Of a stretch of DNA of 64,000 nucleotides, positions 37,212 to 49,221 are shown piece by piece. Position 1 is the first letter of the stretch; every line of letters begins with the position of its first letter. Below the pieces are notes generated by a model, which worked only from the letters and a program-made list of their open reading frames with translations, was not told the DNA's origin and did not search any database. A program made the translations under genes and the position numbers. This DNA comes from Amoebophrya sp. A120 (lineage: Eukaryota; Protista; Dinoflagellata): assembly GCA_905178155.1 (NCBI GenBank), contig CAJINV010000018.1:910609-974608 (forward strand). The letters run 5' to 3'.

Positions 37212-38826
37212 TATCTTGGGCGGGGCTGTTGTACTAGGTTGCTTCAAAACATTTCTGTTGTCGTACAACTACTGCTCATGATTACTACTACTCATGTTTG
37301 TAGTAGGTACGAAATGCAGGGAGCCCACGAGGAGCAGATCTCTATTTTATTCCTTACGCCCGAACAAGCAAATGCAAAGAAGCAAAAATAGAACAGAGTG
37401 CAATTGAAGTCAGAGAACCACCTGCAGAACATCATTAGTACATACAGCCAAAGTGGGGACGAATTTGTGTGCCATGACTTAGGAACAAAGAGAAAGATGT
37501 GAAATAGAAATTGCGGCGAGGGACACAAGAAGAAACCAGAGCAAAGAACGAATGAACTTACGCAGTTGTTAGCATTCAGAAGAAAACAAAGCTGGAAATA
37601 TTGTAACACGATGGCAGATGTGCTTGAGGAAGGCACCACTTTTGATGCATTTTCCGGCGGAGAAATAGACTCTCTCTCCCCAACATATTTTTTTCCAACG
37701 AATGCAAACTTGATGTATAGAAACGGCACAGATTCTGCTTGCTTTTCCAAAATATTGTAATATCCTGTTCTATCAAATATTTTTGTTGTGTTGTCCTCAA
37801 TTATAATATGCTCTGTCGCAATCCAGTGGTCATATAGACCCTGCCTCCCAAATCCTCGGCCCAATTTAGCAATTTCGCTTTGGAAATCCAAACTTATTTC
37901 TGTTGTCTCTGTGCACTTGGCCCGATTCAGAGGGATGAACAAGGCTATATTGTCAGGTCTTCGTTGTTTTGACTTTAAGGGTAGTTTGATGCAGCCCGAT
38001 AAAAATATGTGGTTCGAATCAAAATGTAGAAGTTGTTGTGAAAAAACTTCGTGCGCACAAAGAATTATATTACTTCTGTGAGAACTACTCTCGTAGTCGT
38101 AAACCTATTGCCGATCAAACAAGAAACAGTGTTTGTTTTTATCTGTAATGAACGAGATGAAATCTTCTTCTGAGATAAACTTGATAGTTGCATCTTTAAA
38201 GGATTTGCTCGCTCATCGCACGCACACCAGGTTGTCGTACAGGCGCGCGGCGCTGGCTTTTTTAGCATAAGAACAATTTTTGGTTTCTTTAGCAAGTGAA
38301 TTATGCCGCCGAAAACTGCTACTCTCCCTGTCGAGCTGGTGCAACTAATGGTTTCACAACATCAACAATTATATTTTGATTTTAAAAAAGAAAGCTCCCA
38401 AAGTTACAATTTTGTGTACTCGTTGTAAACCCTTTAATATTTTTGTGTACTACCTGCTAGTAGCTTATCGAGCAAAAGACGATTTCTGATTTGACCATCG
38501 GAAACACCAATACAGTGGCTGTATTTCCATTTTATCCTGATTCAATGTTAATATTTTCAAATTGTCACATAAGAAAGTTGTTGAAAGTAAAGTATCCTCA
38601 AAAGTTGTGTTTTTGAATTTTTTACGCAGACCGAAACGTAGAGCCGTGGCATAATTATTTTTAGTAGTGTGGCTTTGAATTTGTCCAGAAGCAGGAGAAC
38701 AAAAGGTGCAGCTTGCATCATTCCCTGCTGGTGATGTTGTTGTGCTTTTCTACCCTTGCTGTTCAGGAGCAGTTTTTTGTTTGCTTGGGTTCGCACTGTT
38801 GTTCAAAAATAAAAGCCCTGCTTCTA

Positions 38827-41146
38827 TTACCGCCCCGCGTTGCGGGCAGTTCCTGGACGGCTCATCGTGCTGGTTCGTTCAAACCCGGCGGTAGCGGGAA
38901 ACTTCTCGGCCCGTTGGCGGATGATAGTCTGTTGCGATTCGAGCTGCGTTTTCACGTTGTGATACCTGAGAAATTTGAGCATTTTTGCAAAGACGTCGCA
39001 TTGGTGGTCATGGTACGCGCATGGTCTGGACCAACTCAAGAATACAAAGTTTTTGTTGAGCTTGAGTGGAAGATATCATAATCATATAGAAAAAAGTATC
39101 GTGTTTCTATTTCTACCTCTGCAACAATCGCTCTAACTCGGTCTTTCGTGCGTGCTTCTGTTCCTCTCGGCCGGATTGGATACCTGTTGTTTCAAAATTA
39201 TTTTCCCTGATTGGAATTTCTACTGTCTTGACCTAGAAACAACAACAATTCGTCCAGGTCAAGTATCTTCATTTGAAAGTACTAGTACAACCTCCAGGAG
39301 TATCTATTGCATGCAAATACAAGAGCAAGACAGAAAAAGAGATTCTGAACAATGGAGTACGTTTCAGTAGCCCGTGCATTTCCAGCGCCTGTTTTCGCAA
39401 AAACTGATCTTCTAACGCCGCAATCTTGGCATCCCTTTTCGCCTTCCACGCCCCGTGCTCCTTGATCTCCAGATTGTCAGCTTGGTGCTTCGTCTTCTGC
39501 GCTTCACTGGTGTAATTAGGTGAAGAAGTCAGGCAGTTTGTATTGCTGTACAACTCGAGTTCCTTGTCCTTGACCACATGTTGATGAACGGCCTTAATTA
39601 CAAAACGAAAACACATCAATGGTATTTCATGCAACACCAGTCCTCGATAATCTCGTCCAAAAATGTAATGACCATGCTGCTGTTATCATGGTATAGTCGG
39701 TACCTGTATTTCTTCTGTTTTGCCAGGGTGTCCTGGATTTTTCGCAGATTCAACAGCTCCCTTGACCATCTGGGCGTTCTGGGTGTCGTCTCTTTCTTGA
39801 TTTTCTCCATGAAACTCATGTGCTCCTGCTTGTGTCTACCGCCCAGCGTGTTTTGGAGGTTCGCTGATTGATGTTTTGCAATCGTTTTTTATTTGTCATG
39901 GTGCGTGATGGTTCGCAACTACTCGTCTTCTCTCTGCGAGGTGGAAGAGGACCCTATTTTTTTCTACCAAGAAAAACAAGGCATCGTAGGCTCATGCGGA
40001 AAAAGGCACAACTGAAATTGTGCCAATATTTTAATTTTTATTCTACCTGCATGTGACTCGAAGTCTGCTACTTTTTTGTCCCAAATTTCGTTGAATTCCT
40101 GAAGCTCCTTCATATGCGCCTCCTCAACACCTGTTTGATTGCGTTAAATTCCTGTTTGTTATGCCGAGCATGCATGAGATGTTGATGTTGTTGAAATGGA
40201 TCCATCGATTGTCATGCATCTCATCTAACCCTTATGTATCTACCTAATCGCTCTGCCAGCTGTTGCGACCGCAACTCCTCTCTTCTTCGGTTCTCTTTAT
40301 GCATTGCAAAACCAAAAGTATCGTACTCGTATAAATGCATTACAAATTCCCTCAGCATGAGAAATGAAATTTGTCATGCGGATCTACCTTGGGAAGAAAA
40401 TTTGTAATGCAAGACTTGCATTTATACGAGTACGATACTCTTGCACAGGATACTCTTCATGTGTTCGCAACTGTTCTAGCCTCGTTTTCGCAAGCTCGGC
40501 CTCTTCATACCTTGGCAGTAAGATTTGATGCGGAATAGTGGTTACTCTGCCATCAACTACATGAAAAGCTCCCTTTCTTCCTCTTCGCAAGGGCGGATAC
40601 AAAAACAATCCTCATGCAACATCAGAACGTCAACGTTCACGTTGTCACGCATCACAGAAGAACTAAAACATAAATGTAAGAACTATACTTTCCCATGCGC
40701 TCACATTCCGATCGGTGCTTCTCCAAGACTTCTGATTATCCTAGCAAACTTGTTACGAAGAACAATTTCTTGTTTCCTCACCATCCCTACGATAAAGTTA
40801 TGCCTTCTTTGATCTCTTTCGGGCCAATGATATATTTATACCGTACAACTTCTTGCATGGTAAAGCCACTGTGATTCTTGATCAGGAAAATCGATTCGTG
40901 TTCTTCGTAACATTAACGCAGCTTTCTCGCATAACAAGAAGTCTTGGATTTGAGCCTCGTCGGCCGGGGCCACGTATGCATTGCAAAACTATCGCACTTG
41001 CATTACACATTTTCGCACGAACAGAACCGGAACTTGTAATGCTTGCTCAGGTTCTTGGCAAAGGGATTCGCCATGCTGCATGACTGCAAATTTTTATACG
41101 AGTGCGATACTTTATTTGCACAGGATACCACGGGCTGGGCAGCCAT
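38827..41146 (-). CDS. Conserved coiled-coil protein (uncharacterised)
   Basis: Spliced MAAQPVAPADEAQIQDFL..VLEKHRSECERMGKYEEAELAKTRLEQLRTHEE..LLNLRKIQDTLAKQKKY..RYHNVKTQLESQQ; several GT-AG introns plus two introners. Confidence 0.65.
40298..40452. mobile_element. Introner, family B
   Basis: TIR; DR ctctt. Confidence 0.92.
40975..41127. mobile_element. Introner, family B
   Basis: TIR; DR ccacg; 19 nt after the start codon. Confidence 0.92.
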
Positions 41147-42476
41147 TTTTTCGGGTGCTACCTCCTAGCAGCTATACCAGAGCGAATGTGTTGTGTTCTG
41201 CACGGTTTTTATGTTAGGTTTTTCTACACCAAATTCATGACAGCGACCTTGCGTCTTCGTGATCACGAATGTTGCTTTTGCTGGTCAGACCATGTGCTAA
41301 GTGAAAGTGCTGGTGCTCCTTAGCCTTATATTAGAACTTACTCTTAAATGTCGGAAACCATTTCTTCTCTCTGGTGCAGGGGGAAAAGTACTGTACTACC
41401 ACTACGTATGTACGATGAGTATTAAATCCAGTTTCACACGAGGGCGGGTCGGTTGCGGGGTATAATACAAGTGGGTGACAATTTTTTTCTATTTGCTTTT
41501 CAAGTTGTCTATACTGAAAAGCAGGAGCAAATTTTCAGTTTGATGAGGAAAAGGAAATATGAAAAAATATGATATTTGATTATGATTTCGGCATCAACAT
41601 TGTCACACACTGCTCTGCAAGAACTAAGGGCCTGGCTTCTTTTCACTCCAGCTCAACACAACTGCATCGTCTGACCCGGTCCCGTCGCGTTTTTCCTGGT
41701 TCTCCAATAAGTTCTTTGTCTCAACTCTACAAAACAGCTTTGAAGGGTCGGTCAGTCAAGACGAAGAAAGAAAAACACACACGTATCAGGGTAAAGAGTA
41801 GTTCTGTCTCCACGTCGCTCTTTTGATAGCTAACACCGGGTGCAGAAAAGAAAATCAAGTAAAGAGAACAAGCAAATGAGAAAAAACAACAGACAAGGCA
41901 GAATGTCGAAAAAAACAGCCGAATTCGCATTTTTTTTGTTGAAAAAGTTTTTACTTCAGCCCGCACCCTCAACCACTCACAATTCTCTACTAGTTTCTTT
42001 TCATTACAGTTTGAATTTTTTGAAAAAGTCGCACCAGGGCGGCGTTTATTTTCCAAAGAAAAGCAAAAACTGAAAACTTCAACTAGCAGTGCTGTCTGAA
42101 AACAAATGACACCCGCAGGAGCAAACACCAGCCAGTAGAGCACTTTGTCCCTATGATGGAGACATTGATGGCGCGGATAGTTATTTTCCATACACTGCCT
42201 GCGGCCTTCATTGTGATGGTTATCTTCCCTCGACTCGATCTCGTGCCTCTAAAAGCTAAAACAAAAACTCGTAAAAGCTAATAACAAACAAAAAATTTTG
42301 GTTTTCGCAGCACGACCAGCAGGTCACACAGAAAAAGTCTAGAAAGAGTAAGTAAGTAGCAGTACTTTTCCTGTGCAACCGCCTCCAGTGCCGGTTTTTA
42401 CAGTGATATCAAACACGCATATTGATATTTTTAAATTGGTTCTCACGACTTCCCCAAAACATCAAGGCTTCCATTT

Positions 42477-45400
42477 TCAGAACCCCGCAAAGGGGTCCAG
42501 CGAGTTGCCGGTGTTTCCTTTACTGAAATTTCCGAACCCGTTTCCCGCGGACGCAGCAGGAGCGCTCATGTTGTTCATATTCATCATAGGGTTTTGAAAA
42601 TTGTTGTTCATCGGGAATCCACCTCCACCGCCGTTCTGCATCTGCATCATCGGGTTCTGTTGCTGCATCATCATTGGGTTGTTGTTCATCATGCCGTGTT
42701 GTACTCCACCACCAGCTTGCATCATCATCGGGTTTTGCTGCTGCATCATGGGATTCATCATTCCCATACCGCCCATCATGTTCATGTTTCCTCCCCCTGC
42801 CATCGGATTCATCATGCTCATTCCTCCGCCCATCATTCCCCCAGCACCACCGCCCATCGGATTGTTCATCATTCCCGGCATGTTGTTGATATTGGGTGCA
42901 GCAGCCGGCGGGCCGCTGAGCGCGCCGAAATTTCCCGGCGTGGGCTTCGAATTTATTGTCCCGACCGGAGGTGCAGCTGCTGCGCCGGTGTAGCTTGCGG
43001 GCTGTTGTACCGCTGCAGCTCCTCCTGCACCCGATATAATTGGTGCAGCAGTTGTTGCGGATGTTGCGGTGCTTGATGTTTTTGGTGAGCCCGAGGTTTT
43101 TGATGCCGACGTGGTAGATGGCATATCGAAATCCACGAGGTCCAGAAGAGGGTTGCTGTTGTTGTTTCTGTTTTGATTCAACTTCAAGCATAATCCCAGA
43201 GTAATAATCGTGATCATTTGATCATAAGTAGTGATATGCCACGAAAAATGAAACGGTAGACGCAATCGCACACGGCGCACCCTATCTAAAAAGTAAAATT
43301 TCTTTTGTATCCACTTGTTTTCGTTTTATTACCATAACCATACTAGAAGGAACCAATAAAACAAGTATACTGTGCCGTCGCTGGGGACGATTTTTTACTT
43401 GACGCTGTCGACATGGTGTTCCCAAAACCGCCGTTCGAAGCCACCGGCCCGCCGACCGGTGACGGGGCCATGAGGTCCAGCAAACCTCCCGCCGACATTA
43501 GCCCATCGCCCGCGGATATCCAAGAAAAAAACTGTGTTAGTGTAAGGTTTTGGGAAAACAGCATCACAAGTTCGTCTGCCATGACAGGACGAACTTGTTA
43601 TATATGCGCAGATAGAAAGGGAAAACACATAGGAAGCGAGCCGATCACGCATGTCGAGCATGACAAGTGTCACTGTTTGGCATTTTCTGCATCACAGATT
43701 TACACTTACACAATTTTTTCTTTGCATAGCGGATGACGGAAAGCTGACGGGCGCGGTGCTGGTCGAGAAGGACCCAAAATCGGAGGAATTTGTGGTCGCA
43801 TTTACAGAAGAACTCGTTGTGAATATGCAAGACAAATTTCCCGTACATGTAGAAGATGCATCACAAATTTCACCACATTGGAGGGTAAAAATGCTTGTCA
43901 TGCCAAACTCGGATCGAAGCCCAGTTTTGTCATGCAGAGACTGCTGCATTTCCATTTGCATCACGTGTACGAAAAATTTCCTGTGGATAGTGAACGCGCC
44001 AAAGCCATTGTCTGCTGTCCCAGCGGGCGTAGAATTGAAATCGCCGAAGCCGTCGTTAGTTGGCGTGAACCCCTTGGATATCCAAAAATAAAAACGACAT
44101 CACAATCACATTTAGGAGGTTTCGCGTTAGCAATTTGTCTCGCATGATAAATTTTTCTTGTATTGCAAAAACATAAAAAAGGGAAGCCGCCTATTCCCTA
44201 TGGCTCTTGACAGTGATGCATTTTTGCGCATGACAAAAATCTTTTTATCGCAAAAATGTGCAAAATTGATTTTTGCGATGTTGTTTTTGTCTCGGATATT
44301 GGAGCCGGTACTTGTAGTTCCGCCGCTGATTGCATTGGTGGTTCCGGTGGATGCAAAAAAGTCGTCCATGTTGTTGGAAGTAGGGGCCTGGTTTCCTGCC
44401 GCCGCGGAAAATCCACCGAAGTCATTGTCGGCAAAACCAGGGTTAGCTCCTGCTGTGAAATTATTTTGATTTTTCATATGTCTGGCATGAAAAATCGTCT
44501 TTGTGTCACGCATGGTGTCGTGCATCAAAAAAGTCCGCACCATCTTAATCGACATCTACTTATACTTGTCTCCTCGTATAATATACCTCCGCCCCCGCCT
44601 AGCAGATCTTCATCTAGCAGACTGCCCGTCGGTTTGTTCTCCTGCTTTTTGCCCGCAATCCTGTTGGTCTTCACCCCAACCTTGCCCGACGTGTCTGTTG
44701 AAACGAAGTCCGTCGAAACTTTGCCGCCCGACGCAATTTTTCGATTCGGATCGAAATCGTCGTCGATGCTGTAGTAGGATGATTTTTCGTCATATAATGG
44801 TAAACTCGCAATCTGAATCTTCATGAGTTGTAGTCGGTTATTTTTTGCCATGCAGGACTAGGACCAAGAATGGACAGGTGCTGTGACGTGTCACTCTTGA
44901 CATTATGACGAAAAATCAACGTTTTGTTGTACATCAGTGGACTAATATCTGTCATTGCCTTACCTTGCCGTCGTTTCGTTCTGTCTTCTTCTGTCCTCCT
45001 TGCTCCCCGACTTGTTGCCCGAATCGAACCCGTTTGTGCCCCTATTCACGCTGTCGCTCCCGAACCCGCCGTAGCGGCCGCTTCCACGGTCACTGCTTAT
45101 CGTGTTGTTCGCAATACCCTGGGTCCGCTGCCGCGACTCCTTTGCCTTTCCTCGCTCCTCTTGGAGCACGGTCTGGTCGTTGACCAGCTGAAGGATAATC
45201 GAGGACAAATCGCGCACACCTTGGCCGCGGTCCTTTCCTTCCTCGATGTGCGAGAAAGAGGACAATTGCTGTAGTTCAGATAATAAGATGAAAAAGTGCG
45301 ATTTAAGTACTTAGATGAAAGACTTGGATTTTGCACCGCTGGAAATGGAAAACAAGGAATGAGGAAATAAATTTCTGTCATGCTCGAGGACCAGCTACTT

Positions 45401-46583
45401 CACCCCTGACTGTGTGTTGAAGTAGTTGCTTGCCCGATGAAATCGAAATTATCATAGAATTTATACCCTGATCTTAAACTGGTTGTCCCGCACGTCATCC
45501 GTACATCTGTCCGCTCCGTTCTTGACCAAGAATTCTAGGAGAGTCAAAGCCTTGAAGACCTGTCGCCATTTCCTCCCCTTCGCAGGATGGATGCACTCCC
45601 AGATATGCTGCATTATTACCTCGTTATTTAGTGAAGATAGTAGTGAGAACCACAACCGCTTCTTGTTAATGTCCTTGCATGGATGAACTAGAACAATGCA
45701 CTTCTAAATATCGGCGTATAATTTTTACAGCACTGCAACATGAGCATGGCACATTCATTATATCCCGATGCATGATTTTTCCATGTCATTTATCATACCC
45801 TAAAATCGTGGCCACTTCTGGTCGCATCGGAAAGCGAGTATTTGAGCGTATTCGAAACATTCCAGTTCTGGTTCGAAGTATGAACTGCAAAAGTATCGCA
45901 CTCGTATAAATGCATTACAAATTTCCTCAGCATGAGAAATAAAATTTGTAATGCTGATTTACCTCAAGGAAAAGATTTGTATTGCTTGACTGCAATGCGA
46001 GTAGGATACTTTTGCACAGGATACGAAGTGGCTTCGTGCAGCTTTTTTTCCAACGGCGTTTTGTCGTAGGCAACCTCCTATACATTGCAAAGGTATCGTG
46101 CTCGTAGTAGAAGTCGCAATCTGGCATTACAAATCTCCATTCCAAGGTAAAACAGCATGAGAAATTCCATTTGTCACGCTGAGCTAATTTGTAATGCAAT
46201 CTATACTAATACGATTTACTTTGTTTTGCAATGCATACCTCCTCCGCGACGTCTTTCACCACATCGACCACATCCTGTATGGACTTGATACCCTTCATAT
46301 CAAATGCAAATATGTCAGGGTCTGGAAACTTGTGATGCTGGGGGGCGTATCATGCGGAGGACACAAGTGCTGGCTCAGCATGACAAGTTTCTGAGCTTCT
46401 AGGTGAAGGTGAAGAAGGCGTTGCCTCTTCTGCATGACAAACTGCATTTCTGCATGACAGAAAAATGGCGCTCTCGTGTAACGTGCATGACAGTCATGCA
46501 AGACAAGCATGACAAATCGCGCACTCTTCCAGACCCAGACATATTTGCACTTGATACTTCAGACCGGCGATCAAGTCCTGCAT
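42477..46583 (-). CDS. ENTH-domain epsin / clathrin-interactor (epsinR-like) protein
   Basis: LEKKLHEATSNQNW, KWRQVFKALTLLEFLVKNG, GKDRGQGVR, LQEERGKAK; DFGGF/DPFAGF motifs, LLDL clathrin-box-like motifs and a Met-rich C-terminal tail. Confidence 0.88.
43517..43728. mobile_element. Introner, family L
   Basis: TIR; DR gcgga; opposite orientation to 14596-14804. Confidence 0.9.
43770..43989. mobile_element. Degenerate introner
   Basis: Right end aaatttcctgtggata; DR gagaa/gtgaa; internal gcatcacaaa motifs. Confidence 0.6.
44079..44298. mobile_element. Introner (family L-related)
   Basis: tatccaaaaataaaaacgacatc / gatgttgtttttgtctcggata; DR ttgga. Confidence 0.88.
45879..46023. mobile_element. 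Introner, family B
   Basis: TIR; DR cgaag. Confidence 0.93.
46079..46237. mobile_element. Introner, family B
   Basis: TIR; DR cctcc. Confidence 0.9.
46298..46556. mobile_element. Introner, family A
   Basis: TIR; DR cttca. Confidence 0.93.
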
Positions 46584-46838
46584 GGTTTCTGGATGTTGGC
46601 AGGACCTCGCTTCGCTCTACGAAGATGAACGTCGCACACGCAGTGCGCGATGGTAACAAGAGCTCAGCACGCGAACAAAAAAAGCTTTATCTTCCTCGCA
46701 ATAAATGCTTGCTGGTGTAGTGTGTGCTTTGATGTAAAAGCGACGAGCGAAAGAACAAACTGCTTTTTATTCATTTCCCCTGCGGCTGTAGATAATGATA
46801 AGTATCTGACGTGAAACGACGCAACCAGGACGCGTAAC

Positions 46839-46841
<3 letters not shown>

Positions 46842-46875
<34 letters not shown>
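46842..46875. repeat. (AG)n microsatellite upstream of the epsin gene
   Basis: About 17 perfect AG units. Confidence 0.95.
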
Positions 46876-46878
<3 letters not shown>

Positions 46879-47728
46879 GAGCCTGTCTGATGCTGATGCT
46901 GATAGCGAAGCGCGGGCGCAACGCGGGCGGAGGGGCACCGACCTGAAGGGTCCGAAGACGTGCCTATTTTCGGGGGGTAGAAGAGGTGGTTTCATAAATC
47001 CAAAGATCACGAAGATGCCAGCCACGGGCAACAAGAAGGCCGAGCCTAGTTCATCTTCTTGAACCGATATTTTATTGTTCACGGAGTTGTAATTGTATGT
47101 TTGGAACCACAACACAAACGGAGGTCGTATCAAGATGGGACCACGAAACAAACTTTAACCAACAGAAGAATTTATGCGGATAAGTACCTCATGAACACGA
47201 ATGGGATGAAAAGGAACTACTACTAGTACTACAAGTTGCAGAGTACAATACATCGCAGCTGTTCCCTGTACAACACAACTACAGGCGCTACGAGGTAAGT
47301 ATGCACCTGTGTTTGTCATTGCTCCGTGTACTTACTTACATGGTCAAGGACACGACGTCGTTCCGCCCTGTTCAAGAAGCGGAAATAACAAACCTGCGTA
47401 TGCAAAACAACAGAGTCGCAGTCAGCAGGCGCCAGCAGTGTAGTAAAAACAGCGAAGAGGACCACTTGTCGCAATGTTGTACCAACCTGATTTATGAAGG
47501 TCGCGCCCGGAGGGCGATATTGGTAACCAAATGCGTGCGCGAAATTCTAACCAGCGCGAAAGCCTAACCAGCCGCGCGGCGAAAGCGCGGCCCTGCGGGC
47601 CGCGCTTTGGCGCTATTTATTTTTGATTACAGTCCCACTCCTTCTTCTTCAAGCCCCCTGCATGAGAAACTGGCCCCCTGGCCAGGAAGGTATCTGGGTC
47701 ATCGGGGGCTTCCGGATTCGCATTCAAA

Positions 47729-47840
47729 GCTTATCGCAGGAGCCTGCGGGCCGCCGCGGGCTCCACCACTTCCCCGCGGCCCTAAAGGGCCGCGGACAAC
47801 TACTGTCGCCCGCGGCGGCCCGCAGGCTCCTGCGATAAGC
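47729..47840. repeat. Perfect 33-bp inverted repeat with nested hairpin (cruciform)
   Basis: gcttatcgcaggagcctgcgggccgccgcgggc (47729) and its reverse complement (47808-47840); inner ccgcggccctaaagggccgcgg. Confidence 0.92.
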
Positions 47841-48130
47841 ATTGAAGGCGAAATCCGGTCTGCTATTTCGCAGCGGGGCATCCTTTCTAGCCCCCTGCAT
47901 GACAAACTGGCCTCCTGGCCAAGAAGGTATGCGGAAAGCCGAATCTCCGCGGACCCTTCCGGGCCACCAAAATCGGGCATTTCAGACGCGGCGGAGGTGC
48001 AGGATTTGTGCCCACAAACCAGGGCAAATAGGGATTTTGTGACATCCCTCCGCCCGCTTCTAATGCGTTTTTTTTTTCACAATCCCGATGGTATGGCGCG
48101 ACCACGCGCCCGCCGGACCGCCCTTGGCGG

Positions 48131-48655
48131 CCAGTTTGTAAGCCTGCCGAGGGTTCTCGGTTTTTTTCAATTTTCGCTCTTTTTTGTGGTTCTTAGGTGG
48201 CCGAAGGGCTCCGGACATTTTCACCGACCGCAGCTGCCTGGCAGTTTCGGAGCCTGCGGAGGGATTGCGCTTTTGCGCATTTTTTTCTCTTTTTCTGTTT
48301 TCCAAGTGGCCCGGGCGACCTGGACATTTTTACCGCCCGCATCTCCCTGGCAGTTTTGAAGCCTGCGGAGGGATTGCGCTTTTGCGCCATTTTTCATCTT
48401 TTTTCATTTTCCAAGTGGCCCCAGCGACCTGCACATTTTTACCGCCCGCATCTGACTGGCAGTTTTGAAGCCTGCGGAAGGATTGCGCTTTTGCGCGATT
48501 TCTCATCTTTTTTCATTTTCCAAGTGGCCCGGGCGACCTGCACATTTTCACCGCCCCCACCTGACTGGCAGTTTTGAAGCCTGCGGAGGGATTGCGCTTT
48601 TGCGCGATTTTTCATCTTTTTTCATTTTCCAAGTGGCCCGGGGGATCTGCACAAA
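48131..48655. repeat. Tandem array, 109-bp unit, about five copies
   Basis: Unit starts gcagtttt at 48241, 48350, 48459 and 48568; diverged copy at 48131. Confidence 0.93.
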
Positions 48656-49221
48656 ATCCGACGATTGCTTCCGCCCACGGTATGAAGCAAATTTTTGCCA
48701 TTTTTTTCCAACTTTTTCCAGTTACGAAGCGGCCCAAGGCTTCCGGACAGGTCGCGGGCCTGCTTCTCCAACGCAGCTGCCCAGCGGGCGGAGCAAAAAA
48801 CAGTCCGTCTATTTTTCAGATATCAAGTGGGCCAAACCGCAAAAATGCTCTTTTTTCACCTTCTCCCGCTTGGTTTCTGCCGTTTTTGCGACATTTTTGC
48901 CCTCCTGGCCATTTTCCCATCTGGTCCGCTTTTTTTCCCTTCTCCCACTTCATTTCTGGCCATTTCCCTGACCTTCACGCCTCCCGGCGGTTGCCCTATA
49001 TGGTAACGGCAACTGCCTTCGCGCTGCGTTTGCTACGCAATATCGCAAGCGCGCAGAGCGCGCGCGCCGGCTTCGTGGGCCGGCGCGCGCTCTGCGCGCG
49101 CGCACGCACGCATTTGGTTACCAGATTATGCTGAGTTCAATGTACCGAGCAGCACAAGGCCTTGGAGGATTCGATTTTTGCGCGTATTCATTTTCCCCTT
49201 GTCCTCCCCCGTTCTTGTTCT

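Larger units (their letters stand above)
47521..49123. mobile_element. 1.6-kb intergenic non-autonomous TIR element (TG...CA ends)
   Basis: Perfect 19-bp TIR tggtaaccaaatgcgtgcg / cgcacgcatttggttacca; GC-rich subterminal palindromes; no credible ORF; TSD unclear (gatat/gatta). Confidence 0.75.

Noticed and set aside
37292-37942. 216-aa minus-strand ORF upstream of FAM135 paralogue 2
   Set aside because: Non-ATG start, AT-rich low-information composition and no recognisable motif; likely intergenic or UTR.
42560-42890. catcat/atgatg-rich repetitive tract
   Set aside because: It encodes the Met/Asn/Gly-rich tail of the epsin-family protein, which is known in epsinR-type proteins.
47607-49134. 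Plus-strand ORFs of 126-250 aa inside the TIR element as a possible transposase
   Set aside because: They arise from stop-poor GC-rich palindromes and the 109-bp array; no DDE or HUH motif is recognisable.
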